From Octopus vulgaris (taxonomy: Eukaryota), in contig OX597826.1 in the NCBI GenBank assembly GCA_951406725.2, positions 45,446,001 through 45,510,000 of the forward strand: a stretch of 64,000 nt of DNA, in the 5' to 3' direction. The notes beneath the pieces were generated by a model. That model did not search any database. It saw nothing but the letters and a program-made list of their open reading frames with translations, and was not told where the DNA came from. Position numbers and translations under genes: made by a program. Positions 38,539 through 52,505 of this stretch are shown piece by piece; within the stretch, counting starts at the first letter, position 1; every line of letters begins with the position of its first letter.

Positions 38539-41217
38539 CATCCTACTTCATGTAAAAGTATGTATGTATGTATATACATATAACAGAACAAAGTGTACAT
38601 ACGCCACTATATATATATTTGATTTTGATTTTTGATTTTTCCAGTTTCAGCTTATGAGCTGTGGCCATGCTGGGGCACCGCATATGTATAAAATAAAATA
38701 CAAAATGGGACAAGAACACAAAATATCCGGACAACTAGATGATACAAAAAGGGGCAACAAAACATCCAGATAGACGATACAAAAAAAAAACACGGACGGG
38801 TCATTCGAAGCCTTTTATCTTCAGTCAAGAACCGGATCATCCTCGCAATTTCGGCTGATTAATCTTGAGATTGCTCCAATCTGGCCAGTCCCAAGGAAAA
38901 ACTAAGCTAAGAGCATTAGATTCCTTGGAAAAAAGCATCGAATTTATACGAAACAAGGACGGAAAAACGGACGATGTTACACGAATGAAAGAACAGAACT
39001 TGCTGGAGCCCCAAAGGTATTTTGTTTTACTTTAGGGACCACTTTCACACACATACAGTTACAACATAAGAGAAAAGCACAAAGCTGCCTTCGTTAAGTC
39101 TAGTTTTATATGGAGGTAATAGGTAATATGTATGAAATTCGTTGCAAGTGTATGATAATAGTTAATAGGTATATAAAAATAAATGGCCCATGTTATAATT
39201 GCTCTATATGATGGTCCTAGATATATTAGATCTAAATAAATGACGAAAGGTCACAGCTGCAACTCTTTAGCTCTTTTGATCACATATCTGCTTGATCAGG
39301 ACTGACCTTGGGTGTAGCACCATCACCATCCTCACCACCACCACCACCACCACCACCACAACCACCACTATCACCACTGCCGCCGCAGCCGCCACCACCA
39401 CCACCACCATTAAGACTAACACAATCAACAATAATAATAACATGAATACACTCAATGTTTTATTCTTCTGATGACGTAAAGGAATTTTCGTTGCTTTTTG
39501 CTTGACTCTGTTTCTCTGTAGCTACTTATGCATTTGACATGTATTGTAATAACATCCGCCACAAATCTCTGGAATTGTTAATTGCAATGCTTTAGTAATT
39601 ACCAGGTTATCACTTATAATTAACAGAAATCTATTCATCAGTAGTTTCATCGTTTGATTTATTTTTTAATTATTATTTCCTATAATTATCTTTATTTGAT
39701 CTGTAAATTACTAGATCTTGAAACTGTTGTTCTCTATCTTAAGAAAGCTCAACAATATGCAGTAACCTTTTAAACATCAATGTAAGAAGAAAAAATAACG
39801 AAATCAACTACAGACAACAAATGAACAACTGTAATGAGTATCTACCCAACCTCCACCACCACCATCACCACCACCGATCCACCACTACCACCAACACAAT
39901 CACCGCTACCATGATCACTACTACTATTGACGTCGTTTCTGTTCATATTGCTATTAATAATATTACATTACCAAGTATTAATAACATGGTATTGATATTA
40001 CTAACAATAAATACGGCAAATGGTTGGCAGAAATTAATAGAACTTTGGCATAGGGTAAAATAACTTGCAGCAGTTGTGTGCATGTTGTTTTTTTAACGTT
40101 CTGAGATCAAATCCCGCCTAGGTCAAGTTTGCAGTGTCTAAACAATAAATAACAATCAATTTATTGATACAAATAGAAAGATATTACAAATTAACAACAG
40201 TGGGACGATAAAATATACTTAGAAGCTAACCAAACGAATGAAAACTGATGTAACTAGGGAACAACAAGTTGTATACCATAACAGCGGCATCACTGACGGA
40301 AGAATTTGCTTATCTGTGTCCCAAGTCTAGACGAGTCTTTCTTTGTACACCAAAATTCCACAATAAGTTTTCAAGGGCAGTAAGGAACAGAAACAGAAGC
40401 TGCTCGGAGCGGTGCCCTTGAAGGATTCTATGCATGATTTCAATCTGTTCCCACCGGTGACCATTTATTTAGATTATCCAGTAGATACCAGTTTAGTATA
40501 CTGTGATTTGTTGACCACTGAAACCAGCGGATATTTATTGCCATTCTTATGGAACGATCTCAGTTGACCGACATAGATTTGAACACCAACAAAACATCGG
40601 CATGAGGTTATCTTCTGCAAAGTATCGAATGCAGTAGAGATAATCCTGAACAGATATTCCAGGAATCGAACATCTATGTGTGTTTCTGATCTCTAAGGAG
40701 ACTATCAAGAAGAATTACTAAGATAGTGGCGAGCACTTTGGCCAATATCTTAGTATTTCTAAGAGTTACATACCTAAAATTATCGTCTGTATCCTTTGTC
40801 AGCCCAATGTATCAGCAGTTTTGGTCCTCATCCAACCGCTCGATACATTCTGCGTTTCAGAAGCTGCTTCACACTACTTCATCTTGTCTTTCACACTACT
40901 TCTTCTCGTCAGCTAAATCGTCTCCAGCTCACTTTATTCCAGTACCAGTTGATGTTATTGCTGCAATTGTTATCGTTGTTTGCATCGATTTTGTTACTGC
41001 TGTTGTTTAGCTGATTAACCCTGGAGATGTAGACCTCCGATCAAAAGAATTCTAACTATGAATATCCCGTCTTTTTGTGTATATAGGAATACATTGTTTA
41101 ACGTATCCTTATGATTTTAGGAAATTAAGACAGCTATTTCTAGTAGATCGAGTGACCGTGTAATGCTTCATCCTCAGACTAGTCACCTCCCAATTAGTAG
41201 AAAATGTCTTCTAATTT

Positions 41218-41440
41218 AGGCATAGGAGTGGCTAAGTGGTAAGTAGCTTGCTTACAAAACACATGGTTCCGGGTTCAGTCCCACTTCGTTGCCACCTTCG
41301 GCAAGTGTCTTCTACTATAGAAGAGACCGATAGAATAAGTACTAGGCTTCCAAAGAATAAGTCCTGGGGTCGATTTGCTCGACTAAAGGCGGTGCTCCAG
41401 CATCGCCACAGTCCCATGACTGAAACAAGTAAAACAGTAA

Positions 41441-41442
<2 letters not shown>
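41218..41442 (+). mobile_element. Group B SINE with the central part deleted
   Basis: The head joins directly to gagaccgatagaataagtactaggc and the tail. Confidence 0.85.
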
Positions 41443-41475
<33 letters not shown>

Positions 41476-43537
41476 CGACGTGCCAGATGCTAAAAGAAAT
41501 GTTAATGTAATTATCTTCTTTATAATCCTCTCCACAACTTATTATCAGTGATAGCGATAATGTCCATTACCACTTGAATAGTTTACTAATCCCGTCATAG
41601 TGTGCGCCAGACATGACCCATTTGACTTTCAGAAGCCAGTTTCCTGTTCAGAAGTCCTAGGTTGGCTGTACTCATCGCTAGTTAGTGATAAATATAAAAT
41701 TTACACAAAATAATCAAATGTACACCTCCATCTAAAAAAACTATCACAATGAGCCGCTGTCGTTTGCCAGAATTCATATTGGCACATTGAGGAAATCCAT
41801 TTGATTCCTGACGCATAGTTGAAACTATCTGAAGAAGTTGTATGAATCTTTTGTCCCTCACCATATGACCAGATACTCGTATATAAACTCCTTTGCGTGC
41901 AGGCTACCAGCCCACTTTATTATGCGACCAGAATAGTTTTGAGAAACGTTTTTAGATGTCTAAAGATCTTGTTTTTCCGCGATCCAAGTTCTTGCGTTCG
42001 CGGGGATATGATTTCTTATTCTCTTTAATTTGCACTTTCCTCCTTTGATTTTCTAGCATGGAATCTTGATTAGTTTGTTTTTATTATTATGTACCAACTC
42101 ACCCCACCACCGACACAATGCTGTTCCTCCTAGCAAATGTGAAAATCTGGAATGACTAGAAAGAAACGTACTTTCTTATTCTTGGGTGTTTCTTTTTTTA
42201 TTTGCACCTGCTTCGAGCTATCACTTTCTATACTCGATGCTAATGCAACTCCTTTTACTGTTTTACTTTTCTTGTGCTCCATTTATGTCCGAGACCCATC
42301 TCTTCTACTTTGCTGTTAGATGTTCTATCATAATTTATTGCTCAAGTCACTGGTCAGCGTTGTGTTAGAAGCTTCATGTTTCCCCTTCTTCACAATCTGC
42401 TCTGATTGAAGTTATTTTATTGCTGTTCCTTTTGTTGTGACTTTGATTGTTGGAACTTTTAGCTTTTGCTGTTACAGTTGTAGCCGCTGTCGTTGTCGTT
42501 GTTCAAGTGTCCTTCCTGCTCAGAACGGAAATCTATTTAATTCCTTTATATCGAATACTTCGTAACTTCTCTTTCTTTCTTTCCCCCTCTTTTCTCGTCT
42601 CACCGTTTCTTTCCCTTAGTGTTTGTTGTTTTTGTTGTTAAAAACATTCCCGAATGCTGTTCATGTTTATTGATGAGATACATAACAGAGAGGGAAATCA
42701 AAATGAACACCTCAATAGTTTGTTTGAAATAAAACCTTAAGCATCAATTTACACCATGCAGTCTTCCACTGAATTATTTTGACTTTGCGTCAGTTATCAG
42801 AGCTCTTGATACAAAAACGCAACCTGCTTCTCCTTTGTCTTTTAGAAAGAATATCTGCCTCCTATCCCAGGAGGCACCTATAAGAAGAGGATAAAATTAG
42901 AAGTTATTCGGCTTCAAATTTACTGCCATAATATTCTGGGTTCTAATTCTGCTGCAATCGTAAATATTTTACCGCCGTGGTTAATAAAATAGGTTGTAGC
43001 TATATATATATGTGTCAAGTCAATCTAAATCTCGCCCCGACACCATTCAAATATTGTCCTTTTGCCAAATTAAGAAATCCTTATTATCTCACAACTCATC
43101 GAACACAAATTGCAAAACTTAGTGAAAGAATGTTACACCACGGGACTTTAAACAATTTATATTAATGACCAAAGAATTTTAGCTCCCTTCTTGATAAACT
43201 GCCAAGTGTCCATCAAGCTGTTTCTTTACATGTTATTTCTCTTTTAGTAAGAAAAGAGGGAGAACATATAAAAATGTATTAACTTTTTCTCATAAACACC
43301 TATACCATGAAAGTTGTTTTTAAACAAAGATTAAAACTTTTTAATGCTGTTGGTAATAGATTATAAAAGAACGCCGAAAGAAAATATATTCTCTGAATAT
43401 CAAGAGGTTTTCAAGAGATATGATATATAATTTCTTTTCTTAGTAATATATATATATATATATATGCGCATACATACACACATATATATATGTACATACA
43501 TATACGTAAATATATCTACAAACATACATATTTATAC

Positions 43538-43583
<46 letters not shown>

Positions 43584-44508
43584 ACACAAGCACATACATA
43601 CACACACATAGAGACACACATACACACACACACACGTGCACATATATATATATTTGCAGTGAGCAATATTTAGATTTCACTGAATGTTGAGGCACCTCAC
43701 CGTCTCTCCATCGTGTTGCATCATTAAGATGGAATATAAGATGAAGAATTGCCTAGTTAAAACAGTATATCTACGTTTTTAATCTCAATTGAGCTGGCAC
43801 ATTTCATTGGAAACTCAGATGTACACCTTGATATGTCGGCAACTTGTATAATTTTAGAGGTTGCTTTCAAATGTACATGGAACCATTTTCCATTTGCAAT
43901 TCAGTTTTTTTTATTTTTTTATTCCCCATCATCTCGTTTTTATTGTTTTATTCTGGGGAAACACCACATACACACATACATACACACGCACACACGCACA
44001 TACATATACATATACATAAACATATATATATGCATACAGTACATGGTAATGATGATGATGATGATGATGATAGTTGTAGTGTTGGTGATGCTACTGCTTC
44101 TATTTCGTTTGTTTCTACAGTTGTTGTACCCATGAGATAAACACACAAAACTTCTCTTTCCTTTGGCTGTCCAATTTATATTTGTTTCTTTTCCTTTTGT
44201 ATTTTTTTTTTGTTTGTTTGTTTGTTTTTTTTTTTACTTTTGCCTGAATAAAAATGCAAGTCACTCGACAGAGATTAAACTGATGGAACGGAGTCAGGAT
44301 GGCGGCAGGAAGGTAAACAACAACTCTACATTTTTTCTTTTATTATCAAGATTTACTGTAATATATTGGCAGAGTGCAGTTATTGTCGCCATCTTCATTT
44401 TCGTCATCATATCACATCCGTCATCACTATCAGCAGCACCAGCACCAACGGCAGAAGCTAGTATTATCATCATTGTTAGTTCTACCTCACCATCTCCCTC
44501 TTTCTCTT

Positions 44509-44546
<38 letters not shown>

Positions 44547-44769
44547 TCTCTTTCTTTCAATCTTTCCGACTCTTTCATTCATAGGAGAATACAACATAGA
44601 GTAACTGATATAAGTTTCTGTGGAAGCCGTATAACCTGCGATCATCCGGTTTCTAATTCTATTAGAATCATTTTACTTTCCTTATATTTTCAACGTTATA
44701 AACAAAATAAAAAAAGATTGACAGAACCGTAAGGAGTGTCGGCAAAGTGCCTTATATATAATATAGATA

Positions 44770-44770
44770 T

Positions 44771-44803
<33 letters not shown>

Positions 44804-45115
44804 GTCGTTTAACGTCCGCTTTCCATGCTAGCATTTGACGATTTGACTGAGGACTGGCGAACCAGCTGGCTGCACCAGGGCCCAATCTTGATCTGGCAGA
44901 GTTTCTATAGCTGGATGCCCTTCCTAACGCCAACCACACCAAGAGTGTAGTGGGTGTGTTTTTATGTGTCACCGACACGAAGGCCAGTCAGGCGGTACTG
45001 GCAACGGCCACGTTCAAATGGCATTTTTTACGGGCCACCTGCGCAGGAGTCAGTCCAGTGACACTGGCAACGACCTCGCTCGAATGATTGTTCACGTGCC
45101 ACCTGCACAAGTGCC
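44770..45115 (-). mobile_element. SINE or LINE 3' remnant with (TGA)n tail
   Basis: (cat)n followed by cgtttaacgtccgctttccatgctagcat..ggatgcccttcctaacgccaacc, a recalled invertebrate retroposon tail. Family uncertain. Confidence 0.6.
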
Positions 45116-45240
45116 ATTAATAAATTAAATATTCGAGTATTGGCCATGTAGTATGCCGGCTACTTGAGGTCATAAACAGCTTTGACGTATATGACACAAG
45201 ATTTATTTCAGGAATTCCTTCGTGTCCGTAGTGTTTATAA

Positions 45241-45635
45241 AATATATGAGAAAAAGAAAATGTAATCCACATGATTCTTTATCATTCACTACGATATTTT
45301 CCACCCATTATTCACCGGTGCTTCGCGAGTGAGAAGTTCGCGAGAACAGTTGTTGTGTATCGAAAGTGCAGGGGTGTTTCATCAGCTAACTTGTCGAAAG
45401 GTACCTCGGTTTTTTATCTCCGTTTTGCATATTCCTATTAGAATACATTTTGATAGTTGTAGTATGTTTGGTAGTTGTAGTACGTTGCTTGTCCACACGA
45501 GTAATGCACTATAACTATCAAAATGCATTCTAATAGAAATATGCGATACATCTGCACCTTCGATGCACGAGGGCTCGAAACGGTCGTAGTGAATAATAAT
45601 ATTGTAAATTCCATTTTCTTTCTCCCATATATATT
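45241..45635. mobile_element. Fold-back/palindromic element
   Basis: Inner hairpin 45427-45544 around a ccac loop; further pairing gtgtatcgaaagtgcag/ctgcaccttcgatgcac; outer arms atatgagaaaaagaaaatg/cattttctttctcccatat. Confidence 0.75.
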
Positions 45636-45640
45636 ATATA

Positions 45641-46545
45641 TGAGGTGGTATCAAAATGTTCCCGGACTGTAGCGCGCCAACAGATGGTAGCACACAGTTG
45701 CGTGCGCAATGACAGCTAGTAGTAACTTTCATGAAGCTGTATGCCGAATGGCATTACTGTGTTTACTTTGCAATTCGTGAAATTAGCGTTTTTGTCATCA
45801 CGTGTATGTTTTAGTCTGCGATTTTTGTCATGGACAAAAAGCTGGAACAAAGAGGCAACGTGAAATAAATTCTGCGTTAAGTTTGGGAAGTCCGCTACAG
45901 AAACATTGAGCATGCTTCAAAGACGAATCAGCTGTCGTCACAGTGGAAGATCCCTTCATCTCCACTATCGAAGAAGGCACCACAGAGCCGCAGCTGAATC
46001 AAGAACACGCTCATCGGGTTTTTCGCCATCCGCGGTGGTGCGCATTGATAATTCGTCTCTCAGGGCCGGCCCGTCAATCGAGAGTTCTACTGCGACTTTT
46101 TGAAATCTTTGATGGAGGACATTCGGCGAAAGCGACCGGATCTGTGGAGCACGAAGAAATGGGTTTTTCACGACCGTAATGCACCTTGTCATTCCAGTTC
46201 TCCTAACTCGTGAGTTTTTCGCCAAAAAACAACACGGTATCGCTTCCGCACCCATCCTATTCGCCAGATTTAGCACCTACGGACTTCCATCTGTTCCCCA
46301 AGATAAAAAAAAAAAGCAGCTCAAAGGTTGCCGTTTTAACACCGTTGTCGAGATCAAGAGCGAATCATAGAATGTCTTCAACTCGCTTATGGAAAACGAC
46401 GTCCAGGCCGGATTCCAAACGTGACAGGAATGCTGGAACCGGTGTAGTGCTAAGTGACTATTTAGGAGATGATGCTAAAACATATGTAAATAAGTTATTT
46501 GTTTATTAAACATAACTAGTCCGGGAAGATTTTGATACTATCTCG
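45641..46545 (+). mobile_element. Decayed mariner (DD34D-type) transposon, internally deleted
   Basis: TIRs tgaggtggtatcaaaatgttcccggact / agtccgggaagattttgatactatctcg, flanked by TA. MDKKLEQRGNVK..FCVKFGKSATETLSML from 45830 and PSYSPDLAPTDFHLFPKIK. Confidence 0.9.
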
Positions 46546-46942
46546 TATACGTACATATGCACATAATAAGATTTGATCCGGTTCTTTACATTCTGAGTTC
46601 AAATATCCCCGATATCAACTTTGCCTTTCATCCTTCTTGAGTCGATAAAATAAAATACCAATCAAGTACTGTGATCAGTGTAATGGACAAAAGGCTTCCT
46701 TAAAAAATCGATGACTGTGCGTCGAAATCGGAGATTATTAATAAAAGGAGAAAATTTAATTTCAAGTATCATCTTTTATAATATTAAAAACATCATTTAA
46801 AATCAGATATTGAAGATACCATTTACAAAAAAAAAAAAAAAACGTTTATAAATCTGTTTGTCTTTCAACTGATAGATACACAGACATAAATCTTGAAGCA
46901 AAAGATATAGGTTGTGTTAGACATGCGTTTCATAAATAACAA

Positions 46943-47004
<62 letters not shown>

Positions 47005-48838
47005 TTTCTTTATTAGCCACAAGGTTTTACATTAAGAAAAACATTATGCACAGTACAGGGCCAAATAAAGAATGCACGTGTGTATGCGAGTGTGTGTTGT
47101 GGAGATTTTGCGCGTAAACAAGGTTAACAAATTTTTTTTTTAAATCAACAACGTATAATCCTCAATAGGGAGGAGACATTCGAGGACTGATCATGGAAAA
47201 GCCCCATAAAAACCATGGATACCCAGCCTTTTGAGGCCGGTGCTTTTGTCCTTTCCTTATTTCCAACTACAAGTGTATTCTCAGAGCAGGCCCGCTCACT
47301 CGCAGTATTCTTGCTACTTTCATCCATCTTTCAGCAAACTGGCTAGATGACAACACTTACCTCTCTACCCTTATTTCTCTTTTCAAGTGAAACTTGAAGA
47401 AGTTGATCAGGGATTGGCCAAAGAGAAACGTGTTTGCATTCAGCCCATTCAATCTTGTCCACCATACAACCACTTCCGCCTTGGCCACCAGGCATTTAAA
47501 CGCAGCCTTCCCTTCCCGCTTAAAGGAAGGCGGGGCGATCTTCACGATTGATTCACTTGACAGCCGGATCTGGCCTACACGGGACAGCAGGTGTTCGATA
47601 TAAACCCACAGGTCAGCAAAACTCGAGCACTGGACGAGTGCATGCAAGACAGTCTCGTCGTCCTGCACGCATCTCGGCTGACGGCACTTCCGTGCCTGTA
47701 AAGTTTATCTCGAATAGCCAAAGCTCCCCGGGAGCACTGTCAGGCCAGAGATTTTGGTAATTATCTATCAGTTCCAGGCCGAAAGTTCTCCGGAAAAGAG
47801 CCGCTAGTTGATCTTCAACACTCAAGGTCTCTTCAAGAACGTCGTCGCCTTTCCCGCCACTAATTCTCTATAAAGAGCTGTAGTGGACGTTGAACCTATC
47901 GCAATGTGCGATTGGCTGAGGGCTGCCATCTCTTGAAGACATTCCACTATCCAATTGCTCCCCCTCGGTCTCTGTTTTACCCAGCTCCATTAAAGAAACT
48001 AGCTGCAAAAATACGAGTCTGGTGAACGGTGACTAGACTTGTTCATCATCAAGGAAGCACTGGAGATGTCGTAGCCTCAGCACATGTCTGCGCATCATCA
48101 ACCACGGCATGCCCAGGCCACTACGCGGCGGGTGTTGACAGCAGATAAACTGCCTGAACATCGGAACGCGTCCCTTCCACAAGAAGCGAAGAGTATACGC
48201 ACCAACGTAATCAGACAGTGGCCAGCACAAGGCACAACGGTCAAGCGATAGTAGATGACAGATGCGATATACGTGTCAGCCACCTCTGCCTGACCGTTCA
48301 AGGATAGCTTCCTCTCGACCCATTTCTGGGTGAGAGTAGTCACCCTGCTTGTTACTCCTTCTCGATTTTTGTCCATCTGGCAGTCCTGACCAAACTAGAC
48401 TCCGAGTAATTTAACTGGTCCGTCCGTCTAGCGCTCAACGACGCAGTTGAACGGCATGGACTTGCTTTTCCAAGTACCTAGCCGAAATACCACTGATTTT
48501 TCCTGGTTAATCGTCTCGTCGCTCCTGAAACCGCCTCGTAGTTCCTGAGAGCGGTGCCGATTATTTCTATGTGTTTATGATCCGACACCACTACGGTGAC
48601 GTCGTCGGCATATGCCGACATGCAACTCCCACATCTTAGGTCACGCGGGGTGCTTCTTAACGCCTCCAGTTGGTGTGGTAGTAGCTCGAGAATTAGTACA
48701 TAGAAGAGAAACGAGAGCGGGGCAAACTTGTCGGACCGAGCGCATGATGTTGAACGGTTCTAAGAGGTGACCGTTCACTCTGACCACTGAACAAATGTCG
48801 CTCTGCATTGCAACGATCCATCCCCTGAATACAGGCCC
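46943..48838 (-). mobile_element. 5'-truncated L1/Tx1-clade LINE (ORF2 pseudogene plus 3' UTR)
   Basis: Minus strand reads AYADDVT (~48594-48614), INQEKS, VKLLGV, WVERKLSLNGQAEVAD and the CCHC-type ETVLHALVQC. An AATAAA followed by a (TAC)n tail lies at ~47013-46943. Confidence 0.85.
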
Positions 48839-49539
48839 GTTCTAATCTTCTGCCAAGGCGCTACCTTCAGATCTATTATAATAATGGTTTCTATTCTGGG
48901 CATAAACCCAGCAATTTTTAGGGAAGGTATAAGTCGATTGTGTGGAACCCAGTATTTGGTTGGTACTTTATTTTAACGACTCGAAAAGGTGAAAAGATTT
49001 AACTGCAGCCAAATTTGAACTCAGAACATAGAGAGGAGGGAGAAATAAGGCGAGGCATTTTTCCCCGATGCTCGATCGATCCTGTCAATTGACGACGGCC
49101 TTGACCACTTGCATTAATAAGTGGATGAGTAAAAATGTGTTTCTTGTGTGTAAGTAGTCGTGTACGTGTAGCCTCTCGTATCCAGCGAAATTCCTAATGG
49201 ATTTTCACATCTTCCGAAGTAAACATCCGTGAGAGAGCGAAATCCACGAGAAAACGCGAAGACGCGAGAAGACGTGTAGAGTTTTATATAGCACACTGTA
49301 GTAGCTACTACTTGTTAAAAATTGATTACCTTTCACAAAGGTATTGCTAGTGGTTAATCATGTTCTATTTCTAATCCCAAAGAAGTTTAGTGTGTTATTT
49401 CCTATTAAAAAAAAATACCTGTTAAGATAGGAAAAGTGATTAGCAAAGCAGATATGTAGAATATGTAGAAATACGATATTATACGGTTTCACGGGCGTCA
49501 TATACAAAGATACAGAGAGTGTTCATTATAATTATATTC

Positions 49540-49910
49540 TTTCTTTTATTCTTTAACTTGTTTCAGTCAGTTGACTGCGGCCATGCCGGAGCACCTCCGT
49601 TAGTCGAACAAATCGACACTAGGACATATTCTATTGGTTGTTTTTGCCGAACAGCTAAGTTACGGGGACGTAAACACACCAACATCGGTGGTTAAGCGAT
49701 GGCGGCGGGAACAAAAACACAGACACACAAACATATACATATATATATATGTGTGTGTGAAACGGGCTTCTTTCAGTTTCCGTCTGCCAAATCCACTCAC
49801 AAGGCTTTGATCGGCCCGAGGCTGTAGTAGAAGACACTTGCCCAAGTTGCCACGCAGTGGAACTGAACCCAGAACCATGTGGTTGGGAAGCAAGTTTCTT
49901 ACCATATAGC
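49540..49910 (-). mobile_element. Group B SINE, near full length
   Basis: Tail, internal (CA)/(TA)n and head are all recognisable. Confidence 0.87.
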
Positions 49911-50024
49911 TATACCTAGGAATACATTATGTAGAAGACAACTACGGATTATAAAGAGCAGTAGAGACTATTAGTTGAAAATGTAACGACTGATTCATAC
50001 ACACACACACAGCCGTATATAATT

Positions 50025-50067
<43 letters not shown>

Positions 50068-50274
50068 ATATGGGTGGATTATTAGCAATTTAACAACCTA
50101 AAGACAAATTTATAGACATCACTAAAGTGACAGAAGGTACTAGGGGATACTGGCATTGATAGAAATAAGAGTCAAACCAACTCACTAGCCACAAGAGTAC
50201 TATCTTAGTGAGTGACAACGGATATAAGCTCTCTTTGTGGACATAGCAACATCACCGGTGATTTCAAAAACGAT

Positions 50275-50395
50275 ACGTGTGTGTGTATGTGTGTGTGTTT
50301 GTGTGTAGATAGATAGATAGAGAGAGAGAAAAAGATAAAGAGATAGATATAGATATATACATATAAATGTATATATGTGTGTATGTGTGTGTGTA

Positions 50396-50427
<32 letters not shown>

Positions 50428-50975
50428 AATATATGTATATACATATATATAAATACATATGCATATATACACACACACACATATATATATAGAGAGAGAG
50501 AGATAAATACGCCCACAGTGTATAAGTGTATATGTAATATATTACATGTAAGTGTATGCACTATCAAAATATATGTATATATATGTTTGTATCTGTTGAA
50601 CATATGTAGTGTGTGTGTGTATGTATGTATATGTGTGTGTGTGTACATGTATATGTGTATGTATAAGTATGCATATTTAAATATCTATCTTCACATAAAC
50701 TTATATAAATGTCTTTGTGTGTTTGTATGTATGTATGTATGTATGTATGTGTGTATGTGTGTATGTCTGTATGTATGTATGTATGTATGTATGTATGTAT
50801 GTGTGTATGTATTATGTATGTGTGTGTGTATGTATGTATGTATGTATGTATGTATGTATGTATGTATGTATGTATGTATGTATGTATGTATGTATGTATG
50901 TATGTATGTATGTATGTATGTATGTATGTAGGTAGGTAGGTAGGTAGGTAGGTAGGTAGGTAGGTAGGTAGGTAA
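50275..50975. repeat. Compound microsatellite (TA)/(TG)/(TATG)n/(TAGG)n
   Basis: Directly visible. Confidence 0.95.
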
Positions 50976-51451
50976 CAGACATCGGTAGGTGTATAACCCT
51001 TGCGAGTGCAACCACGTCTTTGCCTGAGTGAACCCACGACAGGATTCAGTTGAAAACTGCTTTGAAGTACCTACATGTGCTGTGTTGCAACAGCCATTAT
51101 GGAATGATTTTTTTCACGATGATTCATTAATTGCAGTTCAGCGAATCAATAAGTTTTCCGTCTACTAGGTGATCGATCGACACTATGGCAAAATTAACTG
51201 GCTTACAGTAATCCAGTTCATCTAATTGGAAATATGTGCATAGAAATCAAATTTTCATTGCTGCAGCTTTGCAGGCGGCAGCAGCATTGCTGAAAATCTC
51301 GAGAGTTTTGGGGGGACAGAAATACGATCCACACCACTCGGAAATTGCCCCAAGATACCTTCATTGCACTGTTTGAAACAGTATTTACTATTTTGCCATT
51401 CACTAGGTATGTGTAAATGTAGTTATGGATGTCTGTTAATATCTACGTTCA

Positions 51452-51911
51452 ATAAGGCGATGACCTGGCAGAATCGTCACCGCACCAGGCAAAATGCTCA
51501 ACAACATTTCGTCCATCTTTATGTACTGAGTTTAAATTCTGCCGAGGTCGACCTTTGGGCCTTTCGGAGTAAATAAAATGAGTTGAGTACTGAGGTCCGT
51601 AAAATAAGTACCATTTAAGGACTGGGATCGATGTAATCGACTTACACTACTCGAACTTGTTGGCTTTGCGCCAAAATTTGAAATCAGTGTCTACGTTCAG
51701 TAGGGTGGTAGTGAGCAGATAAAATCACTACGGCACCGGGAAAAATGCTTAGCGGCATTTCGTCCGTCCTGATGTTCTGAGATCAAATTCTGTCGACATC
51801 GACTTTGCCTTTTATCATTTCGGAGATAAGCGCCGGTTGAGAACTGGAGTCGATTTAATCGGCTTATCCACTCCCACCGAACTTGCTGGCCTTGTACTAA
51901 AATATGAAACC
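51452..51911 (+). mobile_element. Two tandem group C SINEs separated and flanked by a 14-bp repeat
   Basis: aatatctacgttca at 51438 and 51912, with the variant agtgtctacgttca at 51686. Confidence 0.75.
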
Positions 51912-52283
51912 AATATCTACGTTCAGCGGATGGAACTAGCCATAAAGTGAACGTATCCAATCTGATGCCCGGGAACAAGAGATTCGAACAACAAAATGTG
52001 GGCTGATTGTTGTCATGCACATAAATAATCTTCTTCGTCCACATTGAGTACAGTATTGATCTTCTTTACACCTACGTACACTAAACATACTTGCAGACAG
52101 ACAGGCAGACACACATACACATACACACACATACTAACACACACACACACACATACACACATACTTATTTAGTTGAATGAGACTTGGTAAAAACGTTCCA
52201 GATGGAATGACTTCCAAGTCACATTCAACTAAATATATCTAACAGCTACATTTAATATTTACATAATTATCGCATATACATAC

Positions 52284-52339
<56 letters not shown>

Positions 52340-52342
<3 letters not shown>

Positions 52343-52505
52343 CGACGGGCTTCTTTCAGTTTTCGTCAACCAAACCCACTCAAAAGGCTTTGGTCGGCCC
52401 GACGCTATAGTAGAAGACACCTGCCCAAGGTGCCACGCAGTGGGACTGAACCCGGGACCATGTTGTTGGGAAGCAAGCGTCTTACCACACAGCCATTCCT
52501 GCGCC
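52340..52505 (-). mobile_element. Group B SINE 5' half
   Basis: cgacgggcttctttcag..ggtgccacgcagtgggactgaacccgg..cagccattcctgcgcc. Confidence 0.87.

Noticed and set aside
38690-39000. Repeat resembling a Penelope-associated terminus, with a possible minus-strand ribozyme
   Set aside because: Core boxes are incomplete and the family cannot be assigned from sequence alone.
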